From Planctomycetota bacterium (lineage in GTDB: Bacteria > Planctomycetota > UBA1135 > UBA2386): a stretch of DNA of 64,000 bases. Under the pieces are notes generated by a model, which saw nothing but the letters and a program-made list of their open reading frames with translations, had not been told where the DNA came from and made no database searches. Shown piece after piece: positions 9,566 to 18,042 of the stretch. Both the position numbers and the translations under genes were made by a program. Every line of letters begins with the position of its first letter. The stretch's first letter is position 1. The stretch covers positions 6,368,001 to 6,432,000 of the forward strand of contig OZ245838.1 of the NCBI GenBank assembly GCA_965228735.1, given 5' to 3'.

Positions 9566-10735
9566 ATGACCGATCCCTACAAAGCACTCGATTACCTCGC
9601 CGTCGACGAACTCTTCACCGAGGAGGAGCGCATGGTGCGCGACACCATCCGCTCTTGGGTGTCGGAGCGGTTCATGCCGGTGATCGAGGAGCACAACCGC
9701 AACGCGACGTTTCCGAAGGAGCTGATCCCCGAGCTCGGCGAGCTCGGCGTCTTCGGCTCGAGCCTCGAGGGCTACGGCTGCGCCGGGCTGTCGTCGGTCG
9801 CGAGCGGCCTCATCTGCCAGGAGCTCGAGCGCGGTGACTCGGGTCTGCGCTCGTTCGTGTCGGTGCAGGGTTCGCTCTGCATGTATCCGATCCACGCGTT
9901 CGGCACGGAGGAGCAGAAGCAGAAGTATCTGCCCAAGATGGCGACGGGTGAGCTCATCGGCTGCTTCGGTCTCACGGAGGCCGACTTCGGCAGCAACCCG
10001 GGCGGGATGCTGACGAAGGCGGTGAAGGACGGCGACGACTACGTCCTCAACGGCAGCAAGTACTGGATCACGAACGGCAGCTCCGCGCACCTGGCGATCG
10101 TCTGGGCGCAGTGCGAGGGCACGATCAAGGGCTTCGTCGTCGAGACCGACACCAAGGGTTTCCAGGGTCGACCGATCAAGAACAAGTTCTCGCTGCGCGC
10201 GTCCGACACGAGCGAGCTCGTGCTCGAGGACGTGCGCGTGCCGAGTTCGGCGATGCTGCCGGGCGTCGAGGGCCTCAAGGGCCCGCTGTCGTGCCTCACG
10301 CAGGCGCGCTTTGGCATCGCGTTCGGCGCGGTCGGCGCGGCGCAGGCGGCGTTCGACGAGGCCTGTCGCTACAGCAAGATCCGCGTGCAGTTCGACAAGC
10401 CGATCGCGCGGTTCCAGCTCGTGCAGAACAAGCTCGTCTGGATGGCCAACGAGATCACCAAGGCGCAGCTCATGTGCTGGCGCCTCGGCCGCATGAAGGA
10501 GGAAGGCACGATGAAGCACTTCCACGTCTCGATGGCCAAGCGCAACAGCTGTTGGATGGCGCTCGAGTGCTGCCGTCAGGGTCGCGACATCCTCGGCGCG
10601 AACGGCATCACGGACGAGTACCAGATGATGCGTCACATGTGCAACCTCGAGTCGGTCATCACCTACGAGGGCACGCACGACATCCACGGCCTGATCATCG
10701 GCCGCGAGCTGACGGGCGAAGACGCGATCATGTAG
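9566..10735 (+). CDS. gcdH: Glutaryl-CoA dehydrogenase (acyl-CoA dehydrogenase family)
   Basis: ELERGDSGLRSFVSVQGSL, GCFGLTE, GSKYWITNG and NLESVITYEGTHDIH are typical of GCDH. Confidence 0.88.
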   Translation: MTDPYKALDYLAVDELFTEEERMVRDTIRSWVSERFMPVIEEHNRNATFPKELIPELGELGVFGSSLEGYGCAGLSSVASGLICQELERGDSGLRSFVSVQGSLCMYPIHAFGTEEQKQKYLPKMATGELIGCFGLTEADFGSNPGGMLTKAVKDGDDYVLNGSKYWITNGSSAHLAIVWAQCEGTIKGFVVETDTKGFQGRPIKNKFSLRASDTSELVLEDVRVPSSAMLPGVEGLKGPLSCLTQARFGIAFGAVGAAQAAFDEACRYSKIRVQFDKPIARFQLVQNKLVWMANEITKAQLMCWRLGRMKEEGTMKHFHVSMAKRNSCWMALECCRQGRDILGANGITDEYQMMRHMCNLESVITYEGTHDIHGLIIGRELTGEDAIM

Positions 10736-10785
10736 CGCCCGATCGGGGCGCGCCCGATCTCGTGGTGTCAGGGGGCCGGCCGGGC

Positions 10786-13347
10786 TCAGCGACCGCGCTT
10801 CTTGCCGTGGCCCGTGCCGTGCGCGCCGTCCTTCCCGGGCAGCTTCAGCCCGCGCGCGTTGCGCGGGAAGTCGATGGCCTCGCCGCGCAGGCCCGCCGCA
10901 GCGATGTCGGCGAGGTCCGAGCACGTCTTCGACACGAAGCGGTTCTGCAGCGTGCGCGATCGTTCGAGCAGCGCCTCGGCGGTCTCGAATCCCGCGGTCG
11001 CCACGTCGTGGGCCTCCTGGAAGTGCCGGCGTGCCAGTTCGGCATCCTCGACCTCACCGCCGAGCGCAACGAGGTGCTCCGCGAGCTGCGAGCTGACGAA
11101 CGCGAACGTGCTCTGGACCAGCGCGTTCTGCGGATCCCGGTCGCGCAGGAAGATCAGTTCGTCGCGGCTCGTCCGTAGCAGCCGTTCGCCCTTCTCGAGG
11201 TCGTGGCCGCGGCACAGCGCGAAGCCGTAGACCCCGCGGATCTTCGCGCGCAGATGGCGCGCGACGATGTCGTCGGGATGTCGGTCGGCGAGCTCGAGGA
11301 CCTGCAGCGCGGTGGCGTGGCTCTGGAGCTCGCGTTCGTGGTCGGGCAGCCGCGAGTAGGCCTGACCGAGCCGGTAACAGAGGTTGCCGAGCGCCATCGC
11401 CGTGTCGAGGTCGTCCGGGTGGTCGCTGCGGATCTCCGTGAGGATCGCGCAGCCGTCCTTCAGGTGGGCGACCTCGGCCTCGGTGTCGGCGACCATGATC
11501 GCGACCGACGCGCGGCAGTTCTTCACCCGGGCGCGATCGAGGCGCAGGTCGAGGCCTTCGACGGGCGGCAGCTCGGCGAGGCGGTCGACGGTTGTCGCGG
11601 CGATATCCCAGTAGCGTTCGGCCGTCGGCATGTCGCGCGTGCGGTTGTAGGCCGTCGTGCCGCGTTGGAACGCGAGCTCCTTCCGCAGGTGGAGCACGCG
11701 GGGATCGTCGGGGGCCGCCGCGAGCAGCACATCGATGTGGCGCTCGCACTGGGCGTAGCTGTGGTCGGTGCGCGCGATCGCGTCCTTGTCGCGGCCGTTG
11801 TTGCGCTGGATGCCGCCGAGCTCCAGGTAGGCCCGGGCGAGCTGCCGGCGGCGATCGTCGTCGATCGTCAGCTCGTGCTCGAGGAACTCGAGCTGCGTCG
11901 CGGCCTCGGCGATCAGCGTCCCGCGCAGCTCGGTCGCGTGCGGCACGTCGCGCAGGCGACGCGGCAGGTCGAGCACGGTATGGATCGCCATGTCGAACGT
12001 GCGCTGCAGGGCGTCCTCCTTCGCCGCGGATTCCTCGACGGCCAGGCGTTCGGCGTCGTGGGCGCGGAACGCGTAGACGACGCTCGACGCGCCGCCGATC
12101 GTCGAGATCAGCACGATGGCCAGAGCCGACGCGACGAGCCCACGCCGGCGCCGCGCGAACATCCGGAGCTGATAGCGCAGGCTCGGTGGGCGGGCGGTGA
12201 TCGGCTGGTGGTCGAGGTGGCGCTGCAGGTCCTCGCCGAGGCTGCCGGCCGAGCCGTAGCGCTGCTGCGGGTCCTTGCTGAGGGCCTTCTGCAACACGAC
12301 TTCGAGGTCGACGTCGAGATCGGGTCGCACCGTCCGCAGCGGGGTCGCCTCGCGTTCGGCGAGGATGCGGCCGACCTCCGGCAGGCCGCGGCCAGCGAGG
12401 TCGAACGGCAGGCGCCCGGCGAGCTGTTCGAACAGCATGACGCCGAGGGCGTGCACGTCGCTGCGCGTGTCGAGGATCTCGTCGCCGCGGATCTGCTCCG
12501 GGCTCATGTAATGCAACGTGCCGAGCACGTCGCCCGTGCGCGTGAGCTGCTCCGGCACCGAGTCGGAGATGCTGCGCGCGATGCCGAAGTCGATGACCTT
12601 CACGTTGCCGTCGCCGTCGACGAGCACGTTGTGCGGCTTGAGGTCGCGGTGGACGACGCCGCGTTCGTGCGCGTGCTGAACCGCAGCACAGATCGTCACG
12701 AAGAGCGCGATGATCTCGCGGTCGTCGAGCTCCTGCGAGCGCACCCAGTCGCCGACGACGCGCGCATCCTCGACGTACTCCATCACGAAGAACGGCCACC
12801 GCAGATTGCCCATCGCCGTGGCTTCTTCGTGCACGCCCGCGGCGTGGATCTGCGCGATGCCCGGGTGCTGCAGGCGGGCGAGCAGTTCGCATTCGTTGCG
12901 GAAACGTTGCAGCGACTCGCCCGTGTCCGACAGGGTCGCCGTGAGCAGCTTGAGCGCGACGCGGCGGCGCGGTTGTTCCTGTTCGGCGAGGTAGACCGTG
13001 CTCATGCCGCCCTGGCCGAGCAACTCCAGCACGTGGTAGCCGCCGATCTTGCGGCCCCGCGCGAGCACGCGTTCGGCCGACGCGACGAGCGCCCGGTGCG
13101 AGGAGTCCGGATCGAGCCGGTCCGGCTGGTCCGTGATCTCGCGCAGCAGCGCCTCGACCTCCGCGCGCAACGCGGGCGCGGCGTTCGCGAGAGCCGCCGC
13201 GCGGGCCGGCGCCGCCAGCTCCACGCAACGCTCGAACAGCTCGCGAACCTCGCCCCAGTCGGGCGTCGGGCCCGTGGCGCCGGCGTCGGCGGGCGGGCCA
13301 GAAGCGGGATCACCAGCAGGCGGATCGACGGGCGGCTCGGCGGTCAT
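10786..13347 (-). CDS. Hanks-type Ser/Thr protein kinase with TM helix and C-terminal TPR-like region
   Basis: LGQGGMSTVY, VALK, HRDLKPHN, DFG, YMSPEQ, then a TM helix and helical repeats. Confidence 0.93.
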   Translation of the reverse strand: MTAEPPVDPPAGDPASGPPADAGATGPTPDWGEVRELFERCVELAAPARAAALANAAPALRAEVEALLREITDQPDRLDPDSSHRALVASAERVLARGRKIGGYHVLELLGQGGMSTVYLAEQEQPRRRVALKLLTATLSDTGESLQRFRNECELLARLQHPGIAQIHAAGVHEEATAMGNLRWPFFVMEYVEDARVVGDWVRSQELDDREIIALFVTICAAVQHAHERGVVHRDLKPHNVLVDGDGNVKVIDFGIARSISDSVPEQLTRTGDVLGTLHYMSPEQIRGDEILDTRSDVHALGVMLFEQLAGRLPFDLAGRGLPEVGRILAEREATPLRTVRPDLDVDLEVVLQKALSKDPQQRYGSAGSLGEDLQRHLDHQPITARPPSLRYQLRMFARRRRGLVASALAIVLISTIGGASSVVYAFRAHDAERLAVEESAAKEDALQRTFDMAIHTVLDLPRRLRDVPHATELRGTLIAEAATQLEFLEHELTIDDDRRRQLARAYLELGGIQRNNGRDKDAIARTDHSYAQCERHIDVLLAAAPDDPRVLHLRKELAFQRGTTAYNRTRDMPTAERYWDIAATTVDRLAELPPVEGLDLRLDRARVKNCRASVAIMVADTEAEVAHLKDGCAILTEIRSDHPDDLDTAMALGNLCYRLGQAYSRLPDHERELQSHATALQVLELADRHPDDIVARHLRAKIRGVYGFALCRGHDLEKGERLLRTSRDELIFLRDRDPQNALVQSTFAFVSSQLAEHLVALGGEVEDAELARRHFQEAHDVATAGFETAEALLERSRTLQNRFVSKTCSDLADIAAAGLRGEAIDFPRNARGLKLPGKDGAHGTGHGKKRGR

Positions 13348-13437
13348 GGCAGGGGACTCCCCAGGAGAGAGCGTCCGAGCGCCCCGCGTTTTCCGCGCAT
13401 TCGGCGAGGGCCCGGCCGCGCCAAACTCGGCGGCCGG

Positions 13438-14016
13438 TCACTCGCCGGCACCGTTGCCACGGCTCAACTCCCGGAGCAGGAACGCGCGGGCCAGTTCCCA
13501 GGACCGAAATACCGCGGCGCGGCTCCGTTCGAGCGTGTCGGCGGTCTCCTGCAGCGTGAGGCCGCCGAAGAACCGCAGCTCGACGATCTCCTCGAGTTCG
13601 GGGTCGCGTTGCGCGAGGCGTTCGAGCGCGGCCTGCAGGTCGAGCACGGCGATGCGCTCGTCCGGCCCGGGGCCGATGGCGATCGCGACCTCGTCCTCGG
13701 CCGGCAGCGACTCGGTCGGCCGGCGGCGGCGGCGGCGGGCATGATCCACGAGGACGTTGCGCATGACGCGGCCGGCGAGGCGGACGAAATGTCGGCGGTC
13801 GCCGATGCCCTCCGCGGCGGGCTGCAGGCGCATCCAGGCCTCGTGCAGCAGGGCGGTCGGCTGCAGCGTCGAGTTCGCCGGTTCGCGCCGCATCATCGAG
13901 CGGGCGCGGGCGTGCAGGTCCGCGTAGAGCAACGGCATGAGCTCGTCCGCGGCGGTCGATTCGCCGCGCTGCAGCCGCGTCAGGAGCTGCGTGATCTGGG
14001 CCGCGGTGTCGGTCAT
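13438..14016 (-). CDS. ECF sigma factor of the kinase-associated (ECF43/TIGR02999-like) type
   Basis: ITQLL..GESTAADELMPLLYADL, TLQPTALLHEAWMRL and VELRFFGGLT; directly upstream of the kinase. Confidence 0.9.
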   Translation of the reverse strand: MTDTAAQITQLLTRLQRGESTAADELMPLLYADLHARARSMMRREPANSTLQPTALLHEAWMRLQPAAEGIGDRRHFVRLAGRVMRNVLVDHARRRRRRPTESLPAEDEVAIAIGPGPDERIAVLDLQAALERLAQRDPELEEIVELRFFGGLTLQETADTLERSRAAVFRSWELARAFLLRELSRGNGAGE

Positions 14017-14164
14017 GGGGAGTGGCGGGGGCGCAAGTCTACCCTACGAACGGAGGTCCCGGGCCCGGTGGCGCGACCCGGCAACGGCACGGGCTTCGCC
14101 CGGAAGTCGGCTGTGGGATTCACGGATCTGGACGATCCGGAGCCGGTCGCGCAAACTCCTGCCC

Positions 14165-14992
14165 ATGACACTGGCCCATCACGCAAAGATCGTCTCGCTC
14201 GCGGCGCTGGCCGCCCTCGCCACGGCCCTGCCGGCCCAGGACAAGGATGCCGGCAAGGACAAGAAGCCGACCGCCGATCAGAAGGCGGCGGCGAAGCGCA
14301 CCGCCGGCGACCCCGCGGTCAAGGCGCTCGACTCGTTCATCAAGAAGAAGGTCAACACCAAGGCGAAGGACTGGCGCCTGCGCGCGCCCGAGCCGCCGCG
14401 CGTCGAGTTCGATGCCGAGTCCGCCTACTACTGGATGCTCGACACGGACTGCGGCCTGTTGAAGATCGAACTGTTCCCGACCGAGGCGCCGCGCCACGTC
14501 ACGAGCACGATCTACCTAACGCGCGCGGGCTACTTCGACGGCCTGAAATTCCCGCGCACGATCCGTGGCTTCATGGCGCAGGGCGGCTGCCCGACCAACA
14601 ACACGCGCGGCCGGCCGGGCTACACGCTGACCCACGAGTTCGCGCCGAACCGCCGCCACGACGGTCCCGGCATCCTGAGTGCCGCGAACGCCGGGGCGCC
14701 GAACACGGACGGTTCGCAGTTCTTCCTCACGTTCGTGCCGACGCCGCACCTCAACGACCGCCACACGGTCTACGGCAAGGTCCTGAACGCGAAGGAGTAC
14801 ATGGCGACGCTCGCGGCCATGGAGAAGCGTGGCACGGGTCAGCGTGAGCCGTGGCAGAACATCAAGAACCCGCCGAAGATCGCGAAGGCGTGGATCGTCG
14901 TCGAGTCCAAGAAGGGCGCGGGCGACCAGGGCAAGGGCGACGACGACAAGAAGAAGGGTGACGCCAAGAAGAGCGACCCGAACAAGGGCTAG
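14165..14992 (+). CDS. Exported cyclophilin-type peptidyl-prolyl isomerase
   Basis: Signal peptide (..ALATALPA-QD); YFDGLKFPRTIRGFMAQGG, GSQFFLT and HLNDRHTVYG. Confidence 0.9.
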   Translation: MTLAHHAKIVSLAALAALATALPAQDKDAGKDKKPTADQKAAAKRTAGDPAVKALDSFIKKKVNTKAKDWRLRAPEPPRVEFDAESAYYWMLDTDCGLLKIELFPTEAPRHVTSTIYLTRAGYFDGLKFPRTIRGFMAQGGCPTNNTRGRPGYTLTHEFAPNRRHDGPGILSAANAGAPNTDGSQFFLTFVPTPHLNDRHTVYGKVLNAKEYMATLAAMEKRGTGQREPWQNIKNPPKIAKAWIVVESKKGAGDQGKGDDDKKKGDAKKSDPNKG

Positions 14993-15001
14993 GACTGCGC
15001 C

Positions 15002-15781
15002 TCAGGCGTCGTGGTCGTCCGCGATGCCGAGCGTCTCGAAGCCGCTGCGTTCGGCGGCGAGCAGGTCGCGACCCAGCGTCCCGGCCAGTTCTTCGAGTTG
15101 CAGGTCCGTCGTGTCGGCGGCGACCTGCACCGGGTCGGTGAAGCGCAGCACGATCTTCGCGAACGGCTTGGGGACGACGAGGCGGTCCCAGCTCTTCAGC
15201 CGCCAGCATCGGTTCACCGCGATACCGAGGCCGAGCATCGGCACCTGGCTCCCGCGCGCGAGCCAGGCCGGGCCGCTGTTCATCGCGTGCCGCGGGCCGC
15301 GGGGGCCGTCCGGCGTGATGATCACGGGCGTGCCCTCCTGCAGCGCTTCCGACATCTCGCGCAGGGCGCTGGCGCCGCCGCGGCTCGCCGAGCCCAGGAT
15401 GACGCGGTAGCCGAACGAACGCAGCGCGATGCCGGCGAGTTTGCCGTCGTCGCTCGGGGACACGAGGATGCCGAGGCCGCGGTGGGCGTGGCCCTTGATC
15501 GGCAGCGGCGGCACGAGGCGGCCGTGCCACAGCGCGAGGACGAACGGACGATCGCCGTAGGCGACTGCCATGCCGGGCTCACCCTGGCGTTCGACGCGCC
15601 AGGTCCACGCGAGCACGCGGGTGAGCAGCGGGCCGGCCGTATGCAGGACGCCGTTCCAGAACTTGCGCCAGCGGCGCCGGCGACGGCTGCGCTCCGGGCG
15701 ATTCCGGCCCGCGGCCTCGCGCGCGTCGCGTTCGCGGCGGCGTTCGTCGTGTCGTTCACGCCGGATGTCGCGGGCCTGCAT
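15002..15781 (-). CDS. DUF374/lysophospholipid acyltransferase family protein
   Basis: ALWHG, LVSPSDDG, GSASRGG, ITPDGPRGP and KSWDRLVVPKPF. Confidence 0.85.
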   Translation of the reverse strand: MQARDIRRERHDERRRERDAREAAGRNRPERSRRRRRWRKFWNGVLHTAGPLLTRVLAWTWRVERQGEPGMAVAYGDRPFVLALWHGRLVPPLPIKGHAHRGLGILVSPSDDGKLAGIALRSFGYRVILGSASRGGASALREMSEALQEGTPVIITPDGPRGPRHAMNSGPAWLARGSQVPMLGLGIAVNRCWRLKSWDRLVVPKPFAKIVLRFTDPVQVAADTTDLQLEELAGTLGRDLLAAERSGFETLGIADDHDA

Positions 15782-15840
15782 CGGCAGCAGTGTGCCATTC
15801 CTCGCTCCGTCACGCTCGGATTGCTACAAATACCGCCCCC

Positions 15841-16347
15841 ATGTCTTCCCCTGCTTCCACCGAGGCGGCGACGCCGGAACAGCTGGCCGCGATCGACGAG
15901 GTCATCGAGCAACTGCGCAACGAGCGCGGCGCGACCCTGCCGATCCTGCACGGCATCCAGAACGCGCTCGGCTTCGTGCCGGCCGAGGCCGTGACGCGCA
16001 TCGCCGACGCGCTCAACCTGTCGCGCGCCGATGTCCACGGCGTCCTCACCTACTACCACGACTTCCGGCAGGCGCCCCCCGGCCGCCACGTGCTCAAGGT
16101 CTGTCGCGCGGAAGCGTGCCAGGCGATGGGATGTGACCGCCTCGTCGGGCGGCTCGAGAAGCACCACGGGATCGCGATGCACGGCACGGCTGCCGACGGC
16201 AGCCTCACGGTGGAGCCGGCCTACTGCCTCGGCAACTGCGCGCTCTCGCCGTCGGCCCAGCTCGACGGGCGGGTGATCGGCCGCTTGACCGAGGCGCGTC
16301 TCGACGCGCTCGTGCACGCGCTCGGCGGCGACGGAGCGGCGTCGTGA
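15841..16347 (+). CDS. fdsG: NAD-dependent formate dehydrogenase gamma subunit (NuoE-like 2Fe-2S)
   Basis: LNLSRADVHGVLTYYHDFR, CRAEACQAMG and YCLGNCALSP. Confidence 0.92.
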   Translation: MSSPASTEAATPEQLAAIDEVIEQLRNERGATLPILHGIQNALGFVPAEAVTRIADALNLSRADVHGVLTYYHDFRQAPPGRHVLKVCRAEACQAMGCDRLVGRLEKHHGIAMHGTAADGSLTVEPAYCLGNCALSPSAQLDGRVIGRLTEARLDALVHALGGDGAAS

Positions 16348-17870
16348 GTGCCGTTCGGGTCTACGTGCCGCGGGACAGCGCGGCGAAGTCGATCGGCGCG
16401 GACGAGGTGGCGCAGGCGATCGCCCAAGCGGCCGGTGACGCCGCGCAGATCGTGCGGAACGGCTCGCGCGGCATGCTGTGGCTCGAACCGCTCGTCGAGG
16501 TCGAGACCAAGGTCGGCCGCGTGGCCTACGGGCCGGTCACCGTCGACGACGTTGCCGGGCTGGTCGATGCCGGGCTGCTGGCGGGCGGTGAGCACGCGCT
16601 GCGACTCGGACGCACGGAAGAACTGCCGTGGCTGCGGCGACAGACCCGGCTCACGTTCGCGCGCGTCGGCGTGACGGACCCGCTCGATGCGGACGCCTAC
16701 GTCGCGCACGGCGGCATCGCGGGCCTGAAGAAGGCGCTGGCGATGTCGCCGGCCGAGATCGTCGAGACCGTCGTCGAGTCGGGGCTGCGCGGTCGCGGCG
16801 GCGCCGGGTTCCCCGCCGGCATCAAGTGGCGCACCGTGCTCGAGGCGGCGGGCGAACCGAAGTACGTGGCGTGCAACGCCGACGAGGGTGACTCGGGCAC
16901 GTTCAGCGACCGCATGATCATGGAGGGCGATCCGTTCCTCCTGCTCGAGGGCATGGCGATCACGGGGCTCGCCACGGGCGCGACCGAGGGCTGGATCTAC
17001 CTGCGGTCGGAGTATCCGGACGCGCTCGAGGTGCTCGAGGCGGCGATCGCGACGGCGCGCGAACGTGGCTGGATCGGCGACGACGTGCTCGGCAGCGGCA
17101 AGCGCTTCGAGATCGTTCTGCGGCTCGGCGCGGGCAGCTACGTCTGCGGCGAGGAGACCGCGATGCTCGAGAGCCTCGAGGGCAAGCGCGGCATCGTGCG
17201 GCAGAAGCCGCCGTTGCCCGCGCACGAGGGGCTCTGGGGCAAGCCGACGGTCGTGAACAACGTGATGACGCTCGCGGCCGTGCCGTGGATCGTCGAGCAC
17301 GGCGGTGCGGCCTACGCGGCGCACGGCGTCGGTCGCAGCACGGGCACGCTGCCGGTGCAGCTCGCCGGCAACATCAAGCAGGGCGGGCTCGTCGAGGTGC
17401 CGTTCGGCATCACGCTCCGTGAGCTCATCGAGGATCTCGGCGGCGGCACCGCGAGCGGCCGGCCGATCCGCACGATCCAGGTCGGCGGCCCGCTCGGCGC
17501 CTACCTGCCCCCGGAGAAGTTCGACACGGCGCTCGACTACGAGGCGCTGACCGCGGCCGGCGGCCTGCTCGGTCACGGCGGTATCGTCGTCTTCGACGAC
17601 ACCGTCGACATGGCCGCGATGGCGCGCTACGCGATGGAGTTCTGCGCGCTCGAATCATGCGGCAAGTGCACCCCGTGTCGCATCGGCAGCACGCGCGGCG
17701 CCGAGGTCATCGACCGCATCGTCCAGAACGTCGACCGCGACCAGAACACCGAACTGCTGCAGGACCTCTGCACGACGATGAAGGACGCCTCGCTGTGCGC
17801 AATGGGCGGGCTCACCCCGCTGCCCGTCCTGAGCGCCCTCGAGCACTTCGGCGAAGACTTCCGACGGTAG
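16344..17870 (+). CDS. fdsB: NAD-dependent formate dehydrogenase beta subunit (NuoF-like)
   Basis: RNGSRGMLWLEP, GLRGRGGAGFP, CNADEGDSG, YVCGEET and ESCGKCTPCRIG; overlaps the fdsG stop. Confidence 0.95.
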   Translation: MSAVRVYVPRDSAAKSIGADEVAQAIAQAAGDAAQIVRNGSRGMLWLEPLVEVETKVGRVAYGPVTVDDVAGLVDAGLLAGGEHALRLGRTEELPWLRRQTRLTFARVGVTDPLDADAYVAHGGIAGLKKALAMSPAEIVETVVESGLRGRGGAGFPAGIKWRTVLEAAGEPKYVACNADEGDSGTFSDRMIMEGDPFLLLEGMAITGLATGATEGWIYLRSEYPDALEVLEAAIATARERGWIGDDVLGSGKRFEIVLRLGAGSYVCGEETAMLESLEGKRGIVRQKPPLPAHEGLWGKPTVVNNVMTLAAVPWIVEHGGAAYAAHGVGRSTGTLPVQLAGNIKQGGLVEVPFGITLRELIEDLGGGTASGRPIRTIQVGGPLGAYLPPEKFDTALDYEALTAAGGLLGHGGIVVFDDTVDMAAMARYAMEFCALESCGKCTPCRIGSTRGAEVIDRIVQNVDRDQNTELLQDLCTTMKDASLCAMGGLTPLPVLSALEHFGEDFRR

Positions 17871-17873
17871 GGA

Positions 17874-18042
17874 CCCGTACGGAACCAGCACCCGTACGGA
17901 ACCAGGTTCATGCTGCCGGCCGCCGGAACGCTACCCGCGAGGTAAACCGCTCGCGGCCGGCAGCATGAACCTGGTTCCGTACGGGCTCAGCGAGGTAAAC
18001 CGCTCGCGGCCGGCAGCATGAACCTGGTTCCGTACGGGCTCA
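17874..18042. repeat. REP/BIME-like palindromic repeat cluster
   Basis: A 33-nt arm at 17891-17923 has exact inverted copies at 17953-17985 and 18006-18038. 17937-17989 is duplicated exactly at 17990-18042. A partial arm lies at 17874-17888. Confidence 0.9.

Noticed and set aside
17874..18042. Possible CRISPR array
   Set aside because: The repeats are inverted or exactly tandem with no unique spacers, and no cas genes are present.
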